Positions 1 to 13,712 of a DNA stretch of 47,946 nt are shown here, one piece after another. The notes beneath the pieces were generated by a model that made no database searches, was not told the origin of the DNA, and saw only the letters and a list, made by a program, of their open reading frames with translations. Within the stretch, counting starts at the first letter, position 1. Each line of letters begins with the position of its first letter. Made by a program: the position numbers and the translations under genes. The stretch is from Paraspadella gotoi (Eukaryota > Animalia > Chaetognatha): positions 4,851,412 through 4,899,357 of the forward strand of contig CM119263.1 in assembly GCA_051294375.1 (NCBI GenBank). The letters are read 5' to 3'.

Positions 1-388
1 TGATGATGATGATGATGATGATGATGTTGATGATAATTTCTGGCTGACTTTAACAGAGACGGCGATCGTGAATGCAACATGTTAAATGTTTATTTATATT
101 ACATCAAAATTGTGAGCGACGCAAATACAACAAATAAAAATTCGGTTTAAAATCGTGATGAAATTCAAAATTACAACGACGAAGAATCGTTCGACGCCGT
201 AACTGAAGACTTCAGATCAAACGATGAGCAAATGAACTCAGATTAACTCAAATTAACTCAGATAGCTTCGGCCACCGTTTTTCCCTCTTCTTCAAATCAT
301 TCTCCGGCGCGACTCTTGATCGAAAAATCGGATAAATTGAAACAAAGATATCGAACCTTTAGCCGTTCGCAGCACTAACGCCAATTGA

Positions 389-594
<206 letters not shown>

Positions 595-1013
595 GTACAT
601 TAGAAATCGGTAAGGTCAATAGGGGTAGTTGGGGTAAGTCGAAATTGGTAAGGGCGCATCGTTTAGTGGATGAGCTTTGGTCGCCGCCCCTCGNNNNNNN
701 NNNNNNNNNNNNNNNNNNNNNNNNNNNNNNNNNNNNNNNNNNNNNNNNNNNNNNNNNNNNNNNNNNNNNNNNNNNNNNNNNNNNNNNNNNNNNNNNNNNN
801 NNNNNNNNNNNNNNNNNNNNNNNNNNNNNNNNNNNNNNNNNNNNNNNNNNNNNNNNNNNNNNNNNNNNNNNNNNNNNNNNNNNNNNNNNNNNNNNNNNNN
901 NNNNNNNNNNNNNNNNNNNNNNNNNNNNNNNNNNNNNNNNNNNNNNNNNNNNNNNNNNNNNNNNNNNNNNNNNNNNNNNNNNNNNNNNNNNNNNNNNNNN
1001 NNNNNNNNNNNNN

Positions 1014-1044
<31 letters not shown>

Positions 1045-1839
1045 AGAAAGCGGTTTTCCCTCGGTGGCGTATTTGTTTGCGGTTTCCAAATATCCATTTG
1101 CAAAGTCGAGTCTTCGGCAAAGTTTGTTCAGTCGAACGAAAAGACGAGATTCAGGGAAATTAACTTTTTTCTTTCTTTCTTTTCTCTTTTTTTTTCAGAT
1201 AGAGGCGAGTCGCGGCTTATTGAGATCCCTTTTTTGGTCAGTCTGTCTGCATGTCGATCTATTGATATTATAATAAAAAAATATATCAAGAAAAAATATT
1301 ATAGAGCCCAAATCTATTTCTGGTGGATATATTTCTATGAGTCGTTAATTCGGATTTGATTCTTTCGTGATGAAATAATTTTAGTTACGATGTTTTTTTA
1401 GTTTGAATTAGAATAAGGAAAACAAAGAAAAAGAAAAAATAACTTACTAAATACGAGAAACCATCTTTGCTTTTTCTTTTTCTTTTTTTTTCTTTTTCTA
1501 ATGCGACGTAAGACTTTTTATGCCGAAATTGATAAACATGTATCAACCGATTGACATTTTACGGCTCGAACAAAATTTACGCGACTTTGTAACAGTCTAG
1601 CTTGACGTCTGCTTGTCTGCAAGGCTGCTTCGCGTGGCCGTCACGACGTTCAGCTCATAATTCAGTTAATCTCTTTTTCATTCCATGAATTAAACTTGGA
1701 TCGCAGCCTCCGACAACCAAATCCTCCATTTAAAATTAAATAAATAATTAGTGAAATTTTATGACGCGTAAAAAGCGGAAATGGTTTTCATTCCTTCATC
1801 TGAATCTCACTCTTTCTATCAGTACTAATACTTTCTCTC

Positions 1840-1878
<39 letters not shown>

Positions 1879-2430
1879 ACTATTAACATAATGTATTTTA
1901 AGACCAAATAACATCAGCTTAACGCACTTGATAGCTATACCGATTCATTTTTAACATCAGACTCGTCGCGCTCGCCTCTTTCCGCGCCTTCCCGTTAAAA
2001 CGAGATCTTTCTTGAGATTCGAATTTGATTTATTTGANNNNNNNNNNNNNNNNNNNNNNNNNNNNNNNNNNNNNNNNNNNNNNNNNNNNNNNNNNNNNNN
2101 NNNNNNNNNNNNNNNNNNNNNNNNNNNNNNNNNNNNNNNNNNNNNNNNNNNNNNNNNNNNNNNNNNNNNNNNNNNNNNNNNNNNNNNNNNNNNNNNNNNN
2201 NNNNNNNNNNNNNNNNNNNNNNNNNNNNNNNNNNNNNNNNNNNNNNNNNNAAACTACGGTACGTCTAAGTTTTAAATATTTAATTTAATTTAATTTAATA
2301 TTTAATTTTAAAGACCATAAATTCATAAATTAGTGGCTCATGTCGCGTGAACAGTAGAAAAATATATGCGTCCCAATTTTTCTAATTTTCTTTTCTTGGA
2401 TAAGAAAATCTTGAATCCAACGACTTTTGC

Positions 2431-2550
2431 TTTTCTTTTCTCTTCTCTTCTCTTCTTTTCTTTTCTTTTCTTTTCTTTTCTTTTCTTTTCTTTTCTTTTC
2501 TTTTCTTTTCTTTTCTTTTCTTTTCTTTTCTTTTCTTTTCTTTTCTTTTT
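2431..2550. repeat. (TTTTC)n microsatellite
   Basis: Direct observation. Confidence 0.95.
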
Positions 2551-2905
2551 AGTTTAAGACTTTTTTATTTCTGTTTTTTTTTCTTTTTTCTTATACTTTT
2601 TCTGTTTTTTATTCGTTTTTCTCTTTTCATTCCTTCTTCCCCCTTCTCTCTTCCGTCCCTTTTTCTACTGCTTCTCAGGCAGAAATCAAAACAAACATTG
2701 AAAGNNNNNNNNNNNNNNNNNNNNNNNNNNNNNNNNNNNNNNNNNNNNNNNNNNNNNNNNNNNNNNNNNNNNNNNNNNNNNNNNNNNNNNNNNNNNNNNN
2801 NNNNNNNNNNNNNNNNNNNNNNNNNNNNNNNNNNNNNNNNNNNNNNNNNNNNNNNNNNNNNNNNNNNNNNNNNNNNNNNNNNNNNNNNNNNNNNNNNNNN
2901 NNNGA

Positions 2906-2939
<34 letters not shown>

Positions 2940-5900
2940 AAGAGACAGTAAGAGAGACGTTTCTCGGAAAAGAGCCGCTTGTTTTTTTGCTCCTTTTGAA
3001 ATGTGATATCCCATTAGGATAATAAAATTGGCGGGAGAGAGATTTCAATGCGGAGAAACAAACAGAGAAACAGGATGGCTGCAGAACCGGGTCGCACGTC
3101 GTCTGTCCGCACGGAGCGCGCAACGCACGTAGCGGAACTCGCGCTGCGCTGCGTGCGATAAAACCCGTGGTGCGATCCGCTGTACAGTTTTTACAAATTT
3201 CATTTTAGAAAAAAAAAAAGAGAGAGAGAGAGAGAGAGAGTCACAAAGAGAAAGAGAGACACAGAGGGAGAGAGCGAGAGAGAGAGATGGGAGAAAGAGC
3301 TCTTTGCTCGTTGAATACCATCGTAATTTCCCCCCCCCCTCGTTTTTTCTCCGGGCTTTAACTTTTCCTATTTTCCTCTTCTTTTCCTTTTATCCTCTTC
3401 TCTTCTTTCCTCCCTATTCCTCTTTCCTCCTTCCCCCCTCTTCTTTTCCTCCTTCGGGCATCAAAAGGCGGTCGAAAATCTCCAGGGCTTCATTAGTGGA
3501 TGGAACGATTCAAATCATTTCCTTTTTCCTCTCCTTTACCGTCACTCCTCGTCTCCTTTTTCCTCCTCTTCCTCTGTTTTATTTCCTCTACCTCCTTTTT
3601 CTTCCTCCTTTTCCTCTCTTTTCTCTCCTCTTCCTCCCTTTTATCTCCTTCTCTTCATCCCTTTTCTTTCCTTTTCCTCCTTTTTCCNNNNNNNNNNNNN
3701 NNNNNNNNNNNNNNNNNNNNNNNNNNNNNNNNNNNNNNNNNNNNNNNNNNNTTTCTCTCCTCTTTCTCCCTTTTCTTTCCTTTTCCTCCTTTTTTCTCCT
3801 CCTCTTCCTTCCTTTTCTTTCCTCTTCCTCCCTTTTCTCTCCTCTTCCTCCCTTCTTCTTCTTGCTCTTCATCCTCAGGTGAAACGTTTGTCGACAGTTT
3901 TCTCTTTCCCGACGAAGGAAAATAATCATAGTCATAATCTCAGTCAATGACATCAGGTTTGTTGTCTGTGACAATGACATCTATACTAATCGATCATCAA
4001 AAGGTCGGCAATCGCCTATGAAGTTCAACTTTTGGCTCCANNNNNNNNNNNNNNNNNNNNNNNNNNNNNNNNNNNNNNNNNNNNNNNNNNNNNNNNNNNN
4101 NNNNNNNNNNNNNNNNNNNNNNNNNNNNNNNNNNNNNNNNNNNNNNNNNNNNNNNNNNNNNNNNNNNNNNNNNNNNNNNNNNNNNNNNNNNNNNNNNNNN
4201 NNNNNNNNNNNNNNNNNNNNNNNNNNNNNNNNNNNNNNNNNNNNNNNNNNNNNNNNNNTCCAAAACCGGCTTCAATTCCGGCTTTACATCCTACTTCATT
4301 TTTACTACTTAAATTCACATCCGGCTCTGCTTTTGGAGCAACTTCCGGCTCTACTTCCTAATTTTCGGCTTCCAGCTCTTCATCTCCTTCACATCCGGCT
4401 ACATTTTGAGCTGCTTCACTTTCAGCTTTAGTTCCGGCTTAATTTTCGGCTCAAGTTCCGGCTTTACTTACTGCTTTAGGTCCGCCTTTACCTCTAACTT
4501 ACGTAAATTCAGTATCCGATGGGCGATTCCAAGATTGGGTCGTGTTGTGCCAACCAGAAAGGGTCAGTGCCACCCGGTCGGACCTCGGGAGGCTCGTTCC
4601 GACCCGGGGGTCTGAAAAGGGAACCTCTTTTGATGAACCCCATTCACTAAATTGTAATTTAAGGGGACTTCCTCTTTTGGGACCCGTAAAGCCACTCCCT
4701 TTGCAAAGACTCAAAGAGAATTAAGGGGGGAGTCGAAAAGAGAGAGAGAGAGAGAGGAGAGAAGAGAGAGAGAGAAGAGAGAAAGAGAGAAGAGAGAGAG
4801 AGCAGAGGAGAGAGAGAGAGAGCGCCTATTATCAACGAGTGGGNNNNNNNNNNNNNNNNNNNNNNNNNNNNNNNNNNNNNNNNNNNNNNNNNNNNNNNNN
4901 NNNNNNNNNNNNNNNNNNNNNNNNNNNNNNNNNNNNNNNNNNNNNNNNNNNNNNNNNNNNNNNAGTACCGATTTATCATAATTTGTTCGACAGTAATCAT
5001 TTTTACTATTAGTAATAAGAAGTTATTTAATGTCGTAGATAACAGGCGGAAATAATTTAATTGCTTATACTTACTATATTTCGATGTCTTCCTTTTTTTT
5101 TCCCCCAAAAAAATGCTCAAGGTTCTTTCTTCCCAATTTTCTTCAATAAAAGTTAATAACCGAAGAAAGAGAAGAAGCGATTGAGGTCAGCGCCCTCTTC
5201 CTTAACGACGACGACGACGACGACGACAACGACGATGATGATGAGCAAGACGACAACACGAGTCTGAATTCAAACGCAATCTGCTAACTTTTCTCGCTTT
5301 TCTCAGACGAGAGAGAAATTTAGGGAACGAACGTAAAATCGAGGGACTGATCCATGAATTTTTAAATATAAAACATATACAATTTTTTATATAATAAAAT
5401 AATGATAATGATATAATGTTGTTCAGAATTATTTTTTAAAATATATCTCTCAAATAAGAATAGACATTTTTATCAAAATCTTGACTCCATTACTTTAGGG
5501 ACGATCTCATAATACGGAGCTAAGGTTGTAAATATGCAGATGTCCCCAAAGAAAGANNNNNNNNNNNNNNNNNNNNNNNNNNNNNNNNNNNNNNNNNNNN
5601 NNNNNNNNNNNNNNNNNNNNNNNNNNNNNNNNNNNNNNNNNNNNNNNNNNNNNNNNNNNNNNNNNNNNNNNNNNNNNNNNNNNNNNNNNNNNNNNNNNNN
5701 NNNNNNNNNNNNNNNNNNNNNNNNNNNNNNNNNNNNNNNNNNNNNNNNNNNNNNNNNNNNNNNNNNNNNNNNNNNNNNNNNNNNNNNNNNNNNNNNNNNN
5801 NTTCCTAATCGATCTTTTTCACATTCCTCGTCATTTTTTATAAATTTAACTTTCAACTTACATCTTCCTTCATCTTTTTCTCTTTCATGTTTTTTCTTTC

Positions 5901-6713
5901 TTCATTTTCTTTCTCGCTCCTCCCCTGTCCCTCCCTTGTCGCCGATAACACATTAATCATACATATTTTTTCTCTTCCTCATGTTATCTCTCGTCTCACT
6001 TCACTTTGGTTCTCTTTTCCTTTCACTCCTTCACGGATCNNNNNNNNNNNNNNNNNNNNNNNNNNNNNNNNNNNNNNNNNNNNNNNNNNNNNNNNNNNNN
6101 NNNNNNNNNNNNNNNNNNNNNNNNNNNNNNNNNNNNNNNNNNNNNNNNNNNNNNNNNNNNNNNNNNNNNNNNNNNNNNNNNNNNNNNNNNNNNNNNNNNN
6201 NNNNNNNNNNNNNNNNNNNNNNNNNNNNNNNNNNNNNNNNNNNNNNNNNNNNNNNNNNNNNNNNNNNNNNNNNNNNNNNNNNNNNNNNNNNNNNNNNNNN
6301 NNNNNNNNNNNNNNNNNNNNNNNNNNNNNNNNNNNNNNNNNNNNNNNNNNNNNNNNNNNNNNNNNNNNNNNNNNNNNNNNNNNNNNNNNNNNNNNNNNNN
6401 NNNNNNNNNNNNNNNNNNNNNNNNNNNNNNNNNNNNNNNNNNNNNNNNNNNNNNNNNNNNNNNNNNNNNNNNNNNNNNNNNNNNNNNNNNNNNNNNNNNN
6501 NNNNNNNNNNNNNNNNNNNNNNNNNNNNNNNNNNNNNNNNNNNNNNNNNNNNNNNNNNNNNNNNNNNNNNNNNNNNNNNNNNNNNNNNNNNNNNNNNNNN
6601 NNNNNNNNNNNNNNNNNNNNNNNNNNNNNNNNNNNNNNNNNNNNNNNNNNNNNNNNNNNNNNNNNNNNNNNNNNNNNNNNNNNNNNNNNNNNNNNNNNNN
6701 NNNNNNNNNNNNN

Positions 6714-6747
<34 letters not shown>

Positions 6748-7188
6748 TTTTTATCCTCCCCTTCTCACTCTCTCTGCTCGAGGGGACAAAATTCAAAGAG
6801 ACCATAGGGTAACTGGCATTTATATTGCGCCAGAGGACACGGATGAAGGCTCGTGAGTGTGCAGGATTATTATTTTTGAAATTTTCACAAACCTATTTCG
6901 TTGTTAGTCGGAATAGTAGCTCTACGCAGTACAGATCATACTGAGAGGCGAGTAGGCCCTGAGATTCGATTACTGAGGGCCTGGACGGCCTGGTTGTTAA
7001 TAAACGTTAAAGCAGGCCGAGCCGCTGAGCTTGCTTTCGCTAAGTTGGTCCGGTTAGTGTTTGGGTTAAACTCGTTTGGGATGGGTTGGGCTAGTTTAGG
7101 ATGGGTTGAGCCGGACTTGACTGGGGTGAGCTCGTTTTGGATGAATGACGTTGGGTGAAAAAAAGGCGACGACGACGACGACGACGAC

Positions 7189-7219
<31 letters not shown>

Positions 7220-7295
7220 CTCTCAACATATTTTATTTGTCGAGGGATTCTTTCAAAAAGCCTCGTGCTGCCACACATCGTGGCGTATCCCGTTA

Positions 7296-7385
<90 letters not shown>

Positions 7386-8244
7386 TCTTTCTTAAAAATC
7401 TTTTTAGCGGGCAACTTCCGATGAAGACAATAAAGACAAGCGAGAGAAAGAGAGAGAGAGATAGACAGACAGAGACAGAGAGGAAAAACCAAACCAGACA
7501 CAGACAGAGACAGAGAGAAAAAGAGAAACCAGACACAAAGATAGAGAGAGAAGGAAACTTCTCCCTCATGCCCCCTCCCCTTGAGGAGTCGCCAAGGGGG
7601 GAGAGACCAACGGATTTAAATTTTTCTTTTTCTCAAATTTTTTTTCCCGCGCGTCGGAAGCGGAACGCAGGAATCCTCGATCGGGGCCGCATAGACGCAC
7701 GACGGGGAATTCCGCTCTGAATGGAACTCGGGTTTTTTTCGATGGAATCGCGACGGAGATTCGCTGGAATTTTTTCATACCGACCTTTTTTTATGGTGCG
7801 CGGGGTGGGAGGGCTTAGAGGGGATGGGGGGGAGAGGAAGGAGAAAATTGGTTGCTATTTAGAATCTTGGATCTTGATGGAACGAAACCTTCTTTTTGGG
7901 AATAAATGATGGAAGCGTCTTAAGAGATAGAATTTTGTAATGAAAAAAAGAGATGGAATTGACTGTGCAAGGAACAAAGAGTGATATAACCAATAAAGGA
8001 ATCATTTTTGCGATATTAATTGTTACCAACCGTCCCGATGATCATGTTTTTCACTCCGAACGAAATTCCACATCCCACTCGTTTGTGACTATATTCCCTG
8101 TTTTGCTTCACATGGTGATTGTTGAAGACAGATTCCAGATTTCACTTCTTTCTTTTATTAGTTCGTTTTATTTCTTTGTTCTTGACTTTTTTATTTAAAT
8201 ATTTTTTTATTTCAGAGTCCACATCCTTCTTCTTTTGCTGCGGC

Positions 8245-8545
8245 TCCTTAACTGCCTCTCCCTAACCCTTTAACTGCATATCTCTTTCCCTTTAAATGCC
8301 TATCTCTTTCCCTTTAACTGCCTATCTCTTTCCCTTTAACTGCCTCTTCCTTTCCCTCTAGCTACCTCTCCTTCTGCCCTTAACTTTTCCATTAAACTTC
8401 CTCTCCCTCTCCTTTTAACTGACTTTCCCTTTCCCTTTAACTCCGTCTCCCTATCCCTTTAACTGCGTTTCCCTAACCCTTTACCTGCCTTTCCCTTTAA
8501 CTGCCTCTTCCTTTCTCTTTAACTGCCTTACCTTTACTGCCTCTC
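8245..8545. repeat. Degenerate ~22-bp minisatellite (CCCTTTAACTGCCTATCTCTTT)
   Basis: About 13 recurrences of a TTTAACTGC-like core. Confidence 0.85.
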
Positions 8546-8627
8546 TTTCTCTCCAACCAACTCACCTTTTCGCGCAGAATTCGAATTCAAACGTCGTCTT
8601 GCGAATCGGGACCGCGAGTTTTTATTG

Positions 8628-8716
<89 letters not shown>

Positions 8717-9173
8717 CATATCTTGAAAGGTCTGTGACCAAAGGAAAAAGTGTCACTCATGTTTTGAAGTCGGCTGCCGTCGCGGTTGGATTTAGGATGG
8801 AAAAGGGTGACTGGGCATCGGGTGGGTGGACCCGAGATGGTGGTGATCACTCTAGCGAGAGGGCGTGGGTGAGTTTCGCAATGAGGTGAGGCTGATGGGT
8901 TTTCTCAGTGGGCGTATCCCGCGCAGAAACCGAGTCTTCTGTTATTATGATGACCGCGAGAAAAGATCGACTTTAGGTTTCGAAAGTTTATTGAAAGAAT
9001 TTAGGTTCGTGAGTTACGTCATTCTCATCGAATGTAACCGTAAAAATTAAATAACTTTAAGAATAGAATAGATGGCATCGTAAAATGTAATTATGGAAAT
9101 ATGACAAAAGTGTACTAGTTATTTGAACTTTTAAAGACCTATTCATCTTCTTTAAAATTATGTTATGTCTTAT

Positions 9174-9281
<108 letters not shown>

Positions 9282-9963
9282 CCGAGCGGAGAAAGGAGAT
9301 TGCCTCACCGCCATTTTCTTTCTTTTTTTTTAACCCCTATAAATTTTTATATTTTTTTTCTTTTGTTTGAAAGAGACTAAGCAATCAATTTATGTTAGGA
9401 GGAATAAGGAAGAAAGTGGATAAAAAGGAAAGGGAAAAGAAGGAAGGAAAAGAAAGGAAAGAAAAAAAATAAAGGAAAGGAAACAGTGTACTTTTATGGA
9501 ATTACGGAAAAAATTAAAGGTAGGGAGACATGATTGAAAAAATGTTATTAAAAAAATATTCAGAGAGAGAAGGAAATTAAGGAAAGAAGGAATGCGATAG
9601 AAAGGAAAAGAAAGGAAAAAAGAAAGAAAAAAGGAAAATCTTTTCTTCGCGTTTCTGATTTGACCTTTTGAGAAGATCGCAGATTTTCTCTCTCTGTTTG
9701 TTTATCAATTTTTTCTTAATAAAAAATAAGAAAAACGAAAATAAAAACAAAACAAAAAATACAAAGTAAACCGCCGCCGCAGCCGCAGCCGCAGCCCCCG
9801 ACGACGCAGCTTCCATCGAACAAAAGGTCAAAGTCGACTCATCCTTCGAATCGCGCGAGAAGTGTATCAAATGCCCTTAACAATCTTCCGATGCCCTCGA
9901 CTAATGCCCTTAACAAATGCCCTAAATATACTTCTGCTCTTGATGCCCCTACCGAATGCCAAG

Positions 9964-9996
<33 letters not shown>

Positions 9997-10577
9997 TATG
10001 ATCCAGATTCTCAACGAAGACAAATTCCGACCAGTTCATTATTGATGACGGCCAGGACAGGAGCGAGGGAGAGAGCACGCAGAGAGAGAGACGCAGTGAG
10101 AGCAGGACAGAGAGCGAGACCTACTGACCGAGAGAGACGTGAGAAGAGTAGAGAGAGAGACTTTAGTAACTTACTCAATGTTTATCCTCTAAAAAAAGGA
10201 GCGAGTGTTTAAAATCTTCATCATCGACGACAACCACAACGACAACAACAAGATAAGAAATGAATATGGAAGAAAAGAAAAAAAGAAAAAAAAGAAAAAA
10301 GAAAGGAAAAAATATAAAAAAGAAAAAAAGAAAAGAAAGAAAAAGAAAAGGAAATAAAGGAATATAAAAGAAAGGGAAAAAAAGAGAGAGAAAAGAAAAG
10401 AAAATAATAAACCACGAATCCTTAAGATGGATGTGGACAATATTGCAGCTTCCCAAACCTTTAATACAATGTAGATTTGGTTCCTTTTACCTCCGAAGCA
10501 AAAGAGCGAGAAAATGACGATTTGATGAGAAACACCGCTGCGTCTATAGACGAGAAATGACGCACTTTGCTATTGAC

Positions 10578-10691
<114 letters not shown>

Positions 10692-11111
10692 CCGTCATTG
10701 GCGTCACCTGCCCAGCCTCGTTTCCGTTACAATGGGAAAATAACGAGGCGACGATCAATCAAGGAAAAAACAGAATCCCTCTCTCGCCGGTAGAGGCGAC
10801 ACCGTCGCAGGGCGTTGCTCTTTTGTTCCTCTCTGGTTCCATTGTTCTTCGTTATATTTTTTAAAAAAATAGAATACGTAGATAATATTTTTTACATTCA
10901 ATACTATAAATACTCATGGTTTAAAACAGTTAATCAGCGCGGGTACATAATTCAGAAAGATAACAGGTAATGGCGAAAATAAAATTAATTGCTAAGGAAT
11001 AATTTTTTCAACCGTGTGAACAAATTTGCATCAATGTATTTTTAAGAGAACAAGAAAAACTGACAATAAGAGGCACCGAGAGGGGGAGAATAAAAAAGAG
11101 AGATGGCGAAG

Positions 11112-11112
<1 letters not shown>

Positions 11113-11201
<89 letters not shown>
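11113..11201. repeat. (AAAG)n microsatellite
   Basis: Direct observation; another array at ~41563-41697. Confidence 0.95.
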
Positions 11202-11202
<1 letters not shown>

Positions 11203-12032
11203 GAGAAAGAAAAGCGGGAAAAAATAAGAAAGGAAAAGAAAAGAAAAGAGGAGAAAAGAGAAGAAAGGAAAAGAAAAGAAAATAGGGGTAATAAATGGAG
11301 AGACATCAAAACCTTTTTCCTCTCCGTCGCCATCAAAGTCTTAATTTGATAAAGACAAACACGGAAGACGCTTTATGGCGAACAACGGGAAGGAAGATAA
11401 AAGGCAAGGAGGAGAACGGAAGAAGGAGAATGGAAGAAGGAGAACGGAGAGGAAGGAGATTTGGAGGAATGCGACCGACGGAAGTAGAATGGGGGAAGGG
11501 AGAATAGAGGGAGGAAAAAGAGAGAAGGAGAATGAGAGAAAAATAAAAAAATGGAAGAAGAAGGTAAAGAAGGAGAAAATGTAAAAGAGAATGGAGGAAG
11601 GAAAAAGAAATGAAGAGAAATAGAAATAAAAAGGATGAAAGTACGAGAAGGAAAAAAGGAGAGAGGAAGATTGAAGAAAAATAGAGAAAGGAGAACGTAA
11701 GAGGAGATGAAAATGTAGGATGAAAAGGTAGGAGTACAAAAGACAATAGATACAAAGTAAGAAAAGATATATATATATATATATATTGTATAGAGAAGAA
11801 AGGAGAACAGCGGCTGCCATCGGCATCGCCGAAAAGAAAAACCTAAAAAAGCAATTATCATAATTTTATTTTAAACAATTTAATACGTAATTTTTTTTAG
11901 ATTCATTAAACTAATAGTGTATAGACTAAACCGTATCAGAGTTTCAAGTGAGACTGAACTGTATTTTCCTTGAACATGATAATGACATGAAAATGAGAAA
12001 CAGTAACAGTAACATGGTACGCTACTGTGGTT

Positions 12033-12236
12033 AATTTTACTTTCACCGACCGGGGTTAGGGAGGGGTTAGGGTTAAGGGTCTTTAAGGGTGGGTTAGGGT
12101 TAGGGGTAGTTAGGTTTAAGGAGGGTTTAGGGTTAGGGTAATTTGGTAATAATTTTTTTAAAGTGTTTTTATAAATTAAGTATTTTTAAGTGGTTTTTAA
12201 AAAGACGCCAAAACAGCGGTCGGCGAAAGTCAAATT
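12033..12236. mobile_element. Small non-autonomous element with 20-bp inverted repeats and TTAGGG-like core (MITE or Helentron/HINE-like)
   Basis: AATTTTACTTTCACCGACCG (12033-12052) and CGGTCGGCGAAAGTCAAATT (12217-12236) are 18/20 complementary and enclose degenerate GGGTTA repeats at 12053-12140. Confidence 0.6.
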
Positions 12237-12499
12237 TAGCTTTTTTTTCATTTTTGATAGTAAAATATTTATAAAAATATATTATGAAAAATCATATTCA
12301 AATATTCAAACTCTATAGTGAATCGCGGGGACCGAGCCTCAAAAACTGAGCATCTTTGGTCGTTTTCTGGCTTTTGCTTTTTGGTAACAATAACAACAGA
12401 GGGGAAGAAAGAGGGATGGGAAAAGAGAGAGATGGAGAGAGAGAGAGAGAAGAGCGAGAGAGAAGACGAGCAAGAGAGAGAGAAGAGAAGGAGGAGAGA

Positions 12500-12530
<31 letters not shown>

Positions 12531-12535
12531 CCTAC

Positions 12536-13712
12536 GTTTCGATTTTGACGAATTGAAGACGCAATGTGGGGGATTTTCCGTTGACGGGGAGAAAGTGAAA
12601 GGAGGAGGATAACGGTGGAGGAGGAGCAGAAGGAGGGAGGAGGAGGAAGAAGAGGAAGGAGAGTCGGAATGAAGGAGGATAACGGATTGATAAATCAAAC
12701 ATCCGAAGTAAGAAGATTTTCATTGAAAAGAAATTCAGTGGTCGAAGTCACCAGATGACGACGACGATGGACGAGACGACAACGATGAACCGACGATGGA
12801 CGACGAACGATTTCTGTCCCTTTATTCTGGATTTTTAAGGAAAAAACTTTCCGTGAAAAGAGGACTCGGCCCGCAGTAGAGAAACAAGCTTACTTTTTGG
12901 TACTGTACTTACGACTGGTCATCTACAGATCTAAGTTTCATGTGCCATTATACTATCGTAAGAAATCATAAAACAGAAATAATACATGGAATGGGAAATC
13001 CGCTGACTTTGGCTGACAGACAGTCGCCGCTTTGTACGTATGTACCATTTTGTACGGTTTGTTAATGTGAAATAAGATTGGTTTTTGTACAGACTTGTTA
13101 ATATACAAAAAAATGGACAAAAGAACGCAAGATGCTTACAATATAAATTGTGTCCTTTGTTTCTAAAATACAATGCCATCTTTGTTTCTCTTGCCCCTTT
13201 TTTGTAATGCACATCTGTTTTATGTCGAAAAACCAAAAAAAAGTGAGAAAAAAAGTTTTCAAACCTTTTTAATAAAAAGGCCTTTATTTTCTCATCGCAA
13301 TGGTTATTAAATCACAATAATAAATTGTGAGCCAAAAATTTTCGTCAGCCTTTCAGCTTACAATATGTTTGAGCCTGAACAGTGAGAGAAATTTCCGACC
13401 CATCAATAAACCGTCAACAAGAGGCGTTCTTCTGCCAAGGACAATATATAAATCTATTATAATAACTAAATAAGAAATACAAAGAGATCTGGATAGAAAC
13501 TCAAAGGTCTCTCTCTCCTCCTCTTTCCTCTCTCTCTCTCTCACCTGTCCTTTCGCGGCTACGTTACAATAAAGAATATTCATTTCTTACTTTCAAACAA
13601 CAGGCACCCGATGTCGATATAAGTCGATCCAGCTTTCGCGCGATTTTGACGCACCAGATCTTTTCGTTTTTCCGCAGAAATTTCGTTCGTAAAACTAAAA
13701 AATCGACGCCAT
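12536..13712 (-). other. Candidate 5' exons of an unidentified spliced gene (present twice in the duplication; frames broken by indels)
   Basis: AACATGGCG start context at 13712; GTAAGA donor after ~13591; TAG..GTAAGC-bounded open exon at ~13363-13454 (LYIVLGRRTPLVDGLLMGRKFLSLFRLKHI); further donors at ~12893 (GTAAGC; GTAAGT in copy 2) and ~12535 (GTAGG). No recognisable domain. Confidence 0.3.

Noticed and set aside
620-642. pogo/Tc1-like TIR start (TAGGGGTAGTTGGGGTAAG), similar motif at ~18012
   Set aside because: No partner inverted repeat is visible; the first instance runs into an N-gap.
12053-12140. True telomere or chromosome-fusion site
   Set aside because: The tract is short, degenerate, single-orientation and bounded by inverted repeats, so a mobile element explains it better.
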